A stretch of DNA of 58,998 nucleotides, counting the filler, from Basidioascus undulatus (taxonomy: Eukaryota), in assembly GCA_000826855.1 (NCBI GenBank). It is 9 parts of 9 records of this genome, joined end to end, with 100 filler letters (N's around TTAATTAATTAA, not from the genome) between each part and the next. Parts side by side here need not be neighbours in the genome. Positions count along the whole stretch, not along the records: positions 39,432 to 45,892 come from JTLS01001737.1; positions 45,993 to 52,446 come from JTLS01001738.1; 7 more parts are not named here. The stretch is one strand, 5' to 3'. The notes under the pieces were generated by a model. It was not told the DNA's origin. It ran no database searches and saw only the letters and a list, made by a program, of their open reading frames with translations. Shown in pieces: positions 39,574 to 52,546 of the stretch (positions are counted from its first letter, which is position 1; every line of letters starts with the position of its first letter). Made by a program: the position numbers and the translations under genes.

Positions 39574-40844
39574 CTAGCTGCCTCCATATATTTGCGGAAG
39601 GACCTCGTTGCGATACATACCGAGCGAACACCATGAGAATACCTCCAGCCCGCTGGCTTTAGTGTGCCTATCTCCCCCATACGCACCGGCTCCTGCCACG
39701 TAGTTGTGGACCCAGTTGGCAAGGAAGCTGTCGTGGCAAAGGCGAGCCAGGTTGTACTCTGAGATGTCAGCGTTCCGTATGGTCATGGTCATGATGGAGG
39801 GGGTTCTGAAGGAGCAGAGCGAAAGAGGTGATCAACGGCGGCGAGGGAAGAGAAAGGAGGCTGGAGGCCAACGAAGGGTATTGCTGAGTCCTCAGCTGAT
39901 ATTCGCAGGAAATGATGATGTTTTCAAGTCGAGCCTGACAAGCGGACCTTGGGCGGATGTTGGATGGTTCTCGTGGAGGGGCCCTGTGGCAGTGCAGACA
40001 CCTCCGTGGCGAAATCGTCTGCCCGCAATGCACTCAACGTTTTGCCCGAGGACCTGAAAGAAATTGATACGGGAAGTTTAAACATTCTTCTCAGTGTCAC
40101 ATTAACGATCAAACAGTACCCAGCGCGGAGCACAGCGTGTTCACGCCGAGTGCTCTTTTGCAAACGTGCTTGGACTCACAGTTAAGTCAGTGCTTCACTG
40201 TGCTCTTTGGAATGTTTATCAAGTGAAGTGTGTAAACACCATAGCAGTGATTTTAGGTAAAAGCCGGTAGCAACTCGAACCGATGGGTTCAGCGGTGTTG
40301 GCAAAAAGTGGCCACACCGACATACCACACTTCTCGAGCTCTTCGTTGACTTCAAGTCAAAGAAGGAATCACGGCTTGGCTCTCCATCCAAAGAGAGCCA
40401 AATTTACTTCGGCTTCATTCAAGACCGCGCGGTGTACCAAGAAAGATAATTAGGCATGACCTCGCCGTCCCGGATGGCCGCCAATGCGCGCTCCATAACC
40501 TAAAAAGCAGCCCCGTGAGCCCCGAGGTCGGCTTTGCGCGCGTACCGGAGGAGACCATCGGTCTGAAGAGGAATTTACAGCAGTACGTGAGCCCCAGATG
40601 TCCCCCGCAGTCGGCAACACCAAAGGGACTCACCACTGCCGTGCATTCCCACAACAGTTCCTCGTCTGGCTGGCCGAAGGCGGTGTAGCCGAGGTCAAAG
40701 TGGCTGACCGCCCACACTGCGTAGTCATGGTTTGTAGTCAAGTGAGCAACTAGCAGCGAGATCGACCGCGAAGCCAGCGCTGATCATGATCTTCGTAGCA
40801 GTGCCGACATCAATGCCGATAGTGGCAGCGACGTCTTCCCACAT
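39574..40844 (-). pseudogene. Possible decayed membrane-protein gene (MBOAT/Ale1-like?)
   Basis: Weak, fragmented resemblance only: MWEDVAATIGIDVGTATKI, GGHLGLTY and NADISEYNLA…NWVHNYV in separate frames. Confidence 0.2.
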
Positions 40845-41377
40845 GGCGCGGGGTGTTGCCAGATTGACAGAGGATGCCGGAATTGAAAGCAATGACTCCA
40901 AGGAGGGTAAAGGGAGGGCGGTGTTGTGAGGAGACAAGGGCGCGCCGATGAGGCAAGAGCGGAAGAGAGGAGGGAAGAATGCGGAGGAGTGTTTCACAAC
41001 CTCATCTCAGTCAATTGGCTGCATGACAGCGGCATTTGTTTTGGAGGACGTGGGCGGGCGGTCGTATTGGGATTATGTGGCGTAGTTGTCAAGAACACCA
41101 GCATGTCTTGTTCTTCGTTTACCTTGATTTGCATTGCCGCACATGAATTTGCGATTTGCACATGGAGACAAAGAGAGTGCGCAAACGGGGGCAACAGCCC
41201 GGCAGCAGTGCGGACTGTCGAGGCAAGCCCGGCGCTGCGCAGGAATGCACACGCTTCCAACGAGGCGGAAGCAGGATGGTGCTGTTGAGTGGGGTATCGT
41301 CGATAACTTTGGTAGAATACAGCCTTTGGGGTTCAAAAGAGCACAGGAGAAGAGTGATACAAGAGTCTAGGGAGCGA

Positions 41378-42921
<1,544 letters not shown>

Positions 42922-44437
42922 CGTAAGGGCTGATCGAGCGTGGCAAGCTAGAACAAATCGGTGCTCTAACACCCCGAAATTATCTGAACACAAACCCCGC
43001 GGCTTCCTCAAGGAAGTAACTCACGATTATCTGAATGTAATCCACCCTGGTCGGAATGACAAAAAGAAGGCGAGAGGAGAAGGAAGGCGATCGTGGTGGA
43101 GGAAAAGCGAAGACGCAGGCCAAACGCAGGCTGCCGCTGACGGCTGTGGGCGGGCTCGATCGGTCCGAAGTTGCCGACGCCGGGGCCGATGAACGGCCGC
43201 GGCCTTGCAGAGTCGACGGGCTGAGGGATCGAATCCCATCCAGAGCGCATAATATCCACCGTGCAATTCCGCTTGTGAAGTAAGTTTTATCTGTACTCTG
43301 CCTCTAATTTAATAGGCTAGACTTTTGAAGTGGGCGTCCTGACTGTGGGGGACGCCGTTTGAAGCTGCTTGCAGTCAGCTTTACAGACTCTCTGTGACTG
43401 ATTCTGCAGTGACTGCAAAAGGGATCTACCCCGAGTCTAAATTCTTAAGCCACATACCCAAGAGGTCAAGCATTCGGGCAAGGGGGCTGCAGTAGCCCAG
43501 GTTGGTGGCTACGACATTCCCACGTCCGTATCCTTCTTGTTCAGGGAACATGTCTGAGGAGTTGTGTTTTCCCCAAGTCATTGGGTTAAGGTGCTTCCTA
43601 TCTATCAGCTCAATGCTAAACTACGTTGTATCAGCGAATTGTCGCCGAGGAAGGGAAGACGGGGGTCGAGATTACCAAGACCTCGTCAGGCAGGTCTTGC
43701 CAAAAATGTTGTTTCCCCCTTTCTTTGTTGAAGGCATTGCACTTTTTGTACCTTTCTCTAAGAAGCGGCAACTGAGCCAGGCGTAAGAACGAGTAGTACA
43801 AGGGGCAAAGCCGTAGCTCTGCAGCACTGAACAGACGCGCTGCAAACGATCAGGACTAGGTTAAGGTCAACCCCTCCCAATCTTGCTTCACCGATACACT
43901 TGCTCTTCCTGCATAGACCCTTGGGAGAGGGCAGGGAACCCTACGAAGTATACGACAGAAGCGATGAGTAAAGAAGGGTGTGTGAGGAGTTGACGACCCT
44001 GTGCATGTCACCCCTTTTCCTCGCCTTTTGTCTGGGTCCGACTCCACTTTGTCTAGAGACTGTGCGCGTTAAGGACACGGGACCGTTTCTTCCGTCTAGA
44101 GGCGATGCATGTAAAGCAAGGAAGGCCGGCGGGCTCCAGACTGCGAACCTCTTGCCAAGTGTGTCTCGACACTTCCGCCTCTAGCTTTTTAACGGCTTCT
44201 CAGAAAACCCATTCTATCAGAAAGTTCCTTTCTGTATCATACGCTAATATTTAAGAACAAAGCGCAAAGCAACGAGCCATAAGCGACCCCAGCAGCGCCC
44301 ATGTGAAACTGACTGCGCCCCTGACTCAGCATTTCTCATTTCCTTCCTTGCCGAAGATTTCGACGAGCCTGCTGCTCAAAACGCACCCTCACCATCTTAT
44401 ACCCCCTCACGCACTCGTCCACTCTACACCGCTCACG

Positions 44438-45858
44438 ATGGCGTCGATGCTGAAAACTGCGTCCAAGAAGCGCTCTGCAGACGCGCTGGCGGAGGACTCT
44501 GAGGCGCAGCCGCAGAAGAAGAAGGTGCAGAACAAGCAGCGGGTGCTGATGCTCGCCAACCGGGGCGTCACCCAGCGCATGCGCCACCTCATGGGCGATC
44601 TGGAGGCGTTGTTGCCGCATATCAAGAAAGGTGGGTCCCATCCCCCTCTACCTCCGGTGTACAAGGAATGCCGCGATACTGAACTTGGGTGGGCAGACTC
44701 CAAGCTCTCCTCCTCCACATCACTCCCCGTGCTCAACGAGCTGGCCGACCTGGCATCCTGCAACAACGTCATGTTCTTCCAGGCGCGGCACCACTCGACT
44801 GTCACCGACCTGTACCTTTGGCTGGCCAAGGCGCCCAATGGGCCCTCGGTCAAGTTTCACGTCCAGAACGTGCACACCATGGACGAGCTCAAGATGACCG
44901 GCAACTGCCTCAAGGGCAGCCGCGGCATCCTCAGCTTTGGCGAGGAGTTTGACGGGGAGCCGTGGTTGCAGTTGCTGAAGGAGATGTTTACGCATGTGAG
45001 TCCGCAGGGACGAGGGTGGGAGTGTGGGAGGATGGGGCTGATATGCTGTGACGGGGCAGATGTTTGGCGTCCCCAAGTCCGCCCGCCGGACAAAGCCCTT
45101 CACCGACCACGTCCTCTCCTTCTCCTACCTCGACAGCAAGATCTGGTTCCGCAATTACCAGGTGCGTTCTCCGGCCCCGCTTCCTTTTCCTCCCTCCCCC
45201 CTTCCTTGTCCCCTTGTCCCCCCTTCACCCTCCTTTCTTCCCTCTGCTTCCCTCCCCTCTCTTACCCCTCTTCCCTGTGCGGTGTGCGGTGCGCAGATCG
45301 TCGAGAAGGACCCAACGACGATCAAAGCCGAGCTCGGGTCAAAGAAAAAGTCACCGCAGACGACGCTCGTCGAGATCGGCCCGCGCTTCGTCCTCACCCC
45401 CATCCGCATCTTCGAGGGCTCCTTCGGCGGGCCGACGGTGTTCGCTAACCCTGGTGCGTGCCTTCTTCCACCTTCCTCCTCCTTCCTCCTGCTCCTCCTT
45501 GCCCTACGTTTCCCTCTGCTCCTTCCTGCTCCCCTTCTTCCTCCGTGCTCTTCTGTCCTCCTCCGTCCCTTTCTCTCTTCCCTCCTCCCTTTCCCTCCTC
45601 CTTCCCTTCCCCTATCTCTTCCTCACTCTTTCCCCGCGCACCTTCTCTCATCTCCGAGCTCCAGACCCTGACTCCCTCTTTCTCCCCACAGAATTCGTCG
45701 CCCCCACCGCGATCCGGCGCGAGCAGCGCAAGCTGCAGGGCGCCAAGTACGGCGCGCGCAAGGACGCGGAGCACGACCGCCGCGAGCGCATGGACAAGCT
45801 CCACCAGCGCGATCGCGGGCTCGCGGGCGAGCTGGAGGTGGCGAAGCTGTTTGGGTGA
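44438..45858 (+). CDS. BRX1: Ribosome biogenesis protein Brx1 (Brix domain)
   Basis: NKQRVLMLANRGV…RHLMGDLEALLPH, DLYLWLAKAPNGPSVKFHVQNVHTMDELKMTGNCLKGSR, KPFTDHV…KIWFRNYQ, LVEIGPRFVLTPIRIFEGSFGGPTVF. Four introns. Confidence 0.96.
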
Positions 45859-45892
45859 GGGACTGGGGGACGCGGGTGGGCGGGCGAGCGGA

Positions 45893-45992
45893 NNNNNNNN
45901 NNNNNNNNNNNNNNNNNNNNNNNNNNNNNNNNNNNNTTAATTAATTAANNNNNNNNNNNNNNNNNNNNNNNNNNNNNNNNNNNNNNNNNNNN
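45893..45992. other. Artificial contig spacer
   Basis: N44-TTAATTAATTAA-N44. Confidence 0.97.
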
Positions 45993-46741
45993 CCATCCCC
46001 AAATATACCTCTCCCTCCTCCCAACCCCCCACACCAACAATACCATAGCTCCTCCCTCTCCAACCCACTCCCGCCCACCTCCTCCTCAAACCTAATCACC
46101 GACGCAGACGGCGACGTCCAAATGGAGCTCATCTCCTCAGACGGCAAAGGCGAATGGCCCGCCCTCCGCCCGCCCCGGTTCTTCGCCCCGCAGGACGCGG
46201 CGCGGACGGGGCTTGAGGGCCTGTTCGGGGGGTTCGGGCTGGACGAAGGCGCTCCCCACTCGCAGGCCCAGCGGCACCCGCAGCCCATAACGATAGAGGG
46301 GTGGGACCTCGCGAAGTGGGTCCCTGCGGCCTTGTGGGCCTGCGCTGCGGCGGACAGGATGCGCGAGCGAGAGGGGCCGTCAGTGTGGGCTTCGTCTGGG
46401 CTGCTCGAGGTCGGCGCGGCGCTGGGGTCGGTGCTGGTCGTCTTCTTTGGCGTCAAAGAGAACCGAGGCCCGCGTTTATCCGTGCGCCCCCCTTCCCTCT
46501 CCTTGCCACCTCCCCATATTCGCTAACTAGAACGCTATACCGCCAGCAGCACCTCGCCCTCGCCTTCGCCCTACTGGGGATAATTCGTATCGCCGCGCTG
46601 CACCCCGCGTTCCCACTCCCGCGCGCGATGTCGGGGATGGAACACGCGGCGGCGGATGGGGCGCTCGCGGGCTTCGGGGGGTTGCTGGCTTTGAACTGGG
46701 GAAGGGACAGGGGGAAGGGCGGGAGGTTGAAGGGAGAATGA
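45993..46741 (+). CDS. C-terminal part of Ima1-like inner nuclear membrane protein (5'-truncated)
   Basis: LRPPRFFAPQD…TGLEGLF resembles the fungal Ima1 C-terminal motif and is followed by several hydrophobic segments. One intron lies at ~46474-46546. Confidence 0.5.
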
Positions 46742-47064
46742 ACATTTTTTGGGCTCTTCGAGAAGAGAGTTTGGGGAGCTGCGCTTCAAATGCGGGATGG
46801 CAGTAAGGTGCTTCGGGAGACTTTAGTACGCTGAAGGAGGCAGTTAAAGGCCGGCTTGGCCAGGGCGTGAGCAGCTCTGCTGAGATTCGTTGTGATGGGT
46901 GGGGGCTGGGACGCAAGAGGGCAGTGGGAGCCATTCGCGCTGACGTTGTGCGGTCGGGAGCGTTCAACATGGTTCGACTGTCATTATGGCCAATCCTGTT
47001 TCGCATGTACTTCTTCCCGGCTTTCGTGCAAGCATATGCGAACTGCGTGTTCAAGCGATGCATG

Positions 47065-47870
47065 CTAGGCGCTTTCGGGCGCGCCACGGAAGCCAATGCA
47101 AACGAAGTAGCCCTCCCCGCTCTCTTTCCTGCTCGCCTCCGGCTTCTCGTAAAGGACGCGATCGAAGCGGGGCATGAGTCGCTCTTTTCGAAACTTGGTG
47201 GCCCCGGTCGAAGCGAAGTGCTTGATGCTGAGGGAGAGGATTGCGCGTGAGAAGGGTAGGTCGCAAGGCAAGCGGAATTGAATTGGACGTACATGAGCAC
47301 CGACGAAGACCCAGCGCGCCGCTTGCTGCTCTTCTTCTTGCTCGCGTCCGGAGACAAGGCGTCGAGGGTGGGGTCGATGGAAGGCTCTGGATCCGGCCGT
47401 CGGTCGACGCGGAGGTTCTGGACGGCAAAGTCGAGCGCCGCCTCGCACAGCTCAAGCGAGGCCTCCTCGTCCCTGATCTTATTCCCCGAGATGCTGGGCG
47501 CCATATCGCTCAGGACAACGTCGACCTTATCCTGTCCAAGCAGCGCGCAAACGCGCGCGCGAACGCGGGGATCGAGAAAGTCGCCTTGAACCACCTCGGC
47601 GCCGGGGACGGGCTGGATCGGGAGGAGGTCGACGCCGACGACTTTGCGCGAGCGCGGCGCGGCGATTTCGAGCCACCCTCCGGGGGCGGCGCCGAGGTCG
47701 ACGACTACCCGCGAGGGGGAGAGGAACCGGTAGGCGGCGTCCAGCTGCTGTAGCTTCGGCGCGGCGCGAGAGCGGAAGGAGGTGAGCCCTGTGCGGTAGG
47801 GGTCGCGCTTTTGGCGGGCGAGGTAGCGGTTCGAGGAGGCAGAGGTCGCTGGGCGTGAGAAAGAGGACAT
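47065..47870 (-). CDS. MRM2: FtsJ/RlmE-family mitochondrial rRNA 2'-O-methyltransferase moiety, in frame with upstream MTQ1 moiety
   Basis: SSNRYLARQKRDPY…FRSRAAPKL, VVDLGAAPGGW, GVDLLP, QGDF, VVLSDMAP, IKHF and KPEASRKESGEGY show the K-D-K-E tetrad is present. One intron lies near 47290-47229. Confidence 0.9.
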
Positions 47871-48986
47871 GAGAGAGGGGAGGAGGGGAGGCCGAGCCCA
47901 ATGCGAGAGAAATGCGAGAGGGGATAGAAGCGGAGAGGCGAGGTGCCTCGCGGACGCGGAAAGGGTGCTGTAGTTTCGGCGCTGCCCATGCGGCTCGAAC
48001 GTCGCACAGACAACCCTATCGAAGTCCCCGTAGGGATCCACCCATGACTCGACGTTCGGAGCGGCAGGAGACTGTCGCATGATCCGGGAGACGTCTGGCG
48101 CCTGACCGCGCCCGACCTCCATGACGAGCCTCCCTGGGCCCGAAGGCCGCAGCAGCTGAGGAGCGATCTCCGCCAAGCGATGATAGAACCTCAATCCGCC
48201 GACCAGCGCGCCGACGTCCTCCCAATCCCGCACCTCGGGCGAGAGCCCCGCGTACTCCTCTTCCGTCACATACGGTGGGTTGGCAGTGATGACGTCCCAT
48301 CCCTCACCCGCGTCCGGACCGTGCGCAAGCTCCTCCGCGAAGTCAGGCCGGAGCACGTCGCGTTGTACGACAGAGACGCGATCGGAAACGTTCGATTGCG
48401 AGGCGTTCTCGCGAGCAAGCGAGCAGGACGAGCGGGAGAGATCGACGAGGGTGCAGCGCGCGTGAGGGAGAAAGTGCGCGAGGAGGAGCCCGACACAGCC
48501 GGACCCTGTGAAGAGGTCGAGGATTCGAAGAGGGGTTTGTGGTAGGGATGAGAGGTTCGAGGCGAGATCGAGCGTCCACTGCTCGGTTTCTGGACGAGGA
48601 ATGAGCGTCGGCGGTCGGACGCGTAGAAGCAGGGGACCGAATGGTTGGGTGCCTTTTAAAGAGCGGTTCAATTGTCAAATTTCGATGTGAACTTCAGAAT
48701 CCTGGGCAGCGGATTACCGAGGATGTATTGCAAAGGCTTCCCAGCGACACGATCGGCCACCATCGCCTCCAGACGACCAGGCGCGAGGGGCGTGCCAGTC
48801 AAGCCCTCTTGCTCGAGCGCCTCGCACATCCACCTGAGCTCGCTCGACGCGTCTTCGGGACCCAGTGCGGACGAAAGCCGGGCGAGGAGAGGATCGCTGG
48901 ATGCCTGCGATGCCGCAGATACGCTGCGGGTGAGAAGTCGTCGACCTCGCAGTGCGCAGGCTCTCCCCGCCCGCAACAGCGAGCAT
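47871..48986 (-). CDS. MTQ1: HemK/PrmC-family mitochondrial release factor glutamine methyltransferase moiety plus linker, with no stop before MRM2
   Basis: ELRWM, RVAGKPLQYILG|TQPFGPL…RPPTLIPRPETEQW, LDLFTGSGCVG, ITANPPYV, EVRDWEDVGALVGGLRFY, MEVGRGQA, DPYGDFDRVV. The start codon is uncertain. Confidence 0.9.
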
Positions 48987-49539
48987 GGCGCCCGGACTAG
49001 AAATGAGACCAATCAATAAGCCTCAAATCAGCTTGCACATGAAAGACTCTGGCGCACCGTCTGAAAGTAGACTGGACAGCAGCATGAGCACGCCCCTCGA
49101 TCGTGCGGGTATTCTCCACCTCCAGCTGGTGCAGAATTAGCCGTCCTGCGGTCTAGTATGGATGCGGTCGCCTTTTGACGAAGTTATGTGCTTCGTGAAA
49201 GAAAGCAGGGATGGTGAAAGGCAAGGGACGGAGTCTTCTGAGGAGGGAAGGCTCGTCTGTCTCGGGTCACGTGATTTTCGTTTTTTCATAAAGACCGAAA
49301 ATCGATCTTTCCATGCAGCGGTTTGATTCTTGGTGTGAGTCCAAGTGGAAATTGAAACAAAAATGAGTGCGTGAATGGACTGCACCCGTATTACAACAAT
49401 CGAGGTGGACGTACTCACCAGCTGAACGTGTTGGACTCAGGTGTCTTGCACTACAGCTTGTTCCCGTGAAGCACGGGAAGAGTCATAAATAAGTTTCTTG
49501 TGTTAAGTTATATGCTGGCCGAAGTCAAGTCCATTTTCA

Positions 49540-51300
49540 GGGCCTTGAACTATCCCCTACCATCTGTGGTGGCCTCGCAGGCTGGAAGACGCCTTGCAGT
49601 GGGCAGAACGCAGGCCGCACACGGCTCGACAGAGCAGACGTGGAGGACGGCAGATGCATGACATGACCAGATACGAGCGAAGAGGATTGAAATTCGTAAA
49701 CCGAGATAGTCGGGGAGGACAGAGTCGAGCTGGGAGGGTTGAACCTATGAAGAGAGAAGGTGCTGTATGGTGACGGAGGTTGAACCCCGCACATGCAGAA
49801 AGAGTACGCTGCACCCCGACCAAGGCGATATAGGGTGAACATTGTTCTGGTCAAGAGAACTCGCCCACCTGAAGAAGAACGGGTCAGGTTAAACCGTCAC
49901 CGAAGATAAGCCGTCTCCGTCCCACTTACGCTAGGACCGAAATGCTCTCCGTCCGCTAGCTCGTGGAGGACAGATCCGTAACAGGAGGTAGCACAGTCTC
50001 AGTCGAGTAGTCATCTTATAGATCCGAATGTTGCTTCCCCTCAAAGCAGCCGTTGTTTTCCCACCAGCTTATGCCTGATTTCCATCGTCAGTTTTACACC
50101 CTCCTCAACTATAGGGCAATGTGAACCTGAGGAGTAGTCCGAGACGAAGAAGGACACTTCTCAGCTCAACACATTTCAGTCCCACCTGGACTGCCGTGAC
50201 AGAGGGAGCCACATACCGATGCTGACAATGGCGATGGGCGATGGCTGACTGAAAAGACGTGGTGAGGACGTAGCTTCTCCCAGAGTTTACCCATAGGGTA
50301 GGAGAGCAGTTGGACGATGTAGATGCTCAAGCTGCGCAGTGCGCACGGCGGCGTGATAAGCACAACCTCCTTCCCGCCTTTCTTTGGAGTAACGCACGTA
50401 ACTTAGACAAGACCATATCGGCACAGAAGGAAGCCTTGCTACGTGCTGAAGAACTGGTTGACGGCCGAGACGCTGCAGGCAGGCAGTTGTCATGGTCTTT
50501 TTCCGGGAGCGCTTACGACATACCCTCCGGCCCAGATAAGCCAATCACCCATGCCCTTACAGTCGAAACAGGGAGTGTCGGATCGTCGGTGTTGTCGACA
50601 GCGGCGCGAACCTGCACGTCGTGCTAATGGACCGTCTTACGCTAAGGTCCATGAACAGCGTACCATGTCGTAAGGCAAGTTGTCCCAAGAAAGAGCGACC
50701 TGGATCTTGAGCTCGCCCTCAATCTTAATTGAACTCCTGTGGGTCGTCTTCGAGGGTCTCGTCGTAACTGTGGATGCACGTGAGTACCCATCCGACTGCA
50801 CATCTCTGACTGAGGTCGTACAGGTATGGCTTGGGGCTTTCGATGATCTGCCCCGAAAAGTGCGGGTTTGAAAGAAGATTCCCAAAATCAGAACGACTGA
50901 GCCTCCTCAGGGTCAGCCTCACAGCAAGACGGTGTGCACCCATGTCATGCTGCTCGACCATCTCGGTGAGAGCCGAAACGAGCTCGTCGCGGGAGATGTG
51001 AGCCGCATGCGCTTCAACCTGCAGTGTGATTTGAGGGCGAATGGTATTTGATAAAGGAGATGTGCACTTACAGCCACAATGTCTTGGCCACAGCTCCGAT
51101 TTCGTGAAGCGCGAGGTCGTCCTGGACCGGGCGCGTTAGCGAGCTCTTCGAAGACCCGCTCGGGCGTGCCTTGCAAGACTCACATCGGCCAAGACGTCGA
51201 TTTCGACTTCCTTGACGAAACCTTGTCCGGGTCTCTTCCATGGCCTTGTGAGCAATGGGTTCGCGGTCGGGCTGGTGGAAAGATTGGGAGAGAAATTCAA
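49540..51300 (-). pseudogene. OPT-family oligopeptide transporter, truncated/decayed
   Basis: DNLPYDM|VRAAVDNTDDPTLPVSTVRAWVIG, AVNQFFS and IVQLLSYPMGKLWEK are classic OPT N-terminal motifs. Downstream sequence has stops and far too little space for the remaining TM helices. Boundaries approximate. Confidence 0.7.
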
Positions 51301-52446
51301 GGACAACCGCACTGCAGTATAGCGGTTTTCATGCGCCCAGTGGCAACGGCGCCTTATCTGTTCCACGATACAGAGCTTTCTTTAAAGAACTGCTCGTGTC
51401 AGGGTACGCGAGACGATGATATGAGGGACTATTTTGATGCAAGGCCGCATGCTACTTCGCTTCGGGCGGCCGTACAATTTTGCGGTCTTTCGAGTCGCGG
51501 CGATGAGACTCAGTGACTGAAGCACCTGGATGAGCCTGAGGTATTATTCTGCTCGTATCTATCTGAGCCATGTTCGAGAATAAAGTACGGGCGAGAAGCA
51601 TGTCGTCCTGCGAAGCACGTCAGCGGCGTACTCAGTGGGCATCAGTAGCAGCCATTCGCGTGGACTCCATTGGCGAGCACCACCGGATCATCATTTTGCG
51701 TGATAGGCAGTTGCTATTTTGATGTTATTCGGTAGTCTTACGACTGTCACCGAACATTCACCTCCGTAGTGCACTATGCTGCACGAGACGGGGAGTCTGG
51801 CAGCTCTGGCTCATCCGTCTTCGACAGTGTCAGTGTCGACTCTGACCGCCGCTCGTCCCCACTGGAAGCGCGGAAGTCACCAAAAATACAAAATCTTGTC
51901 TTAAATGGAAAAGGGAGAGGATTTCCAAATGCGGAGGAGGCCATTGGAAGTACGAAGAACCAACCCATTCGCCTGCAGCGGCGCGCGGCGATGCAACACA
52001 CAGCTCGACTGCTGGCAGCGGGTGGGAAAGACGTACTGTGAACCTCGAATTTGCGAAGCTCCCCAAGCGGATGGAATACTACTTCCAAACGACTGTATCC
52101 AATTATGGGCGATAATGCGCTCTCTCGGGCAAGACTTCGTACTGCCAGTCAGAAATTTCAACCCACGGATGCTTGCGACATGCCATTTTTGGTTGTAAGC
52201 TCCAGCGCCGTCTGCAACACGACGACAGCATGTGGAGGAGGACAGTGCAGTAACACACCCAGCGCCGTATCGGGCCAGTATCGTCTGCATGATCAGGCAT
52301 GTCAGACCTGCTTGCATTCAAACGAGATGGGCGCAGCCGTGTCAGCACCGACTGAGCAAGTAGCCCAGCATCCCACCGCACAACCGTCCGATACCTCAGT
52401 ACAATGACCCCCCGCGCTAGACCAATCTCCCCACCTCCCCTGCCTT

Positions 52447-52546
52447 NNNNNNNNNNNNNNNNNNNNNNNNNNNNNNNNNNNNNNNNNNNNTTAATTAATT
52501 AANNNNNNNNNNNNNNNNNNNNNNNNNNNNNNNNNNNNNNNNNNNN
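52447..52546. other. Artificial contig spacer
   Basis: N44-TTAATTAATTAA-N44. Confidence 0.97.

Noticed and set aside
46527..47064. C-terminal extension of the 714-aa ORF beyond MRM2
   Set aside because: This is read-through of the MRM2 intron; the spliced product switches frame and stops at 47065.
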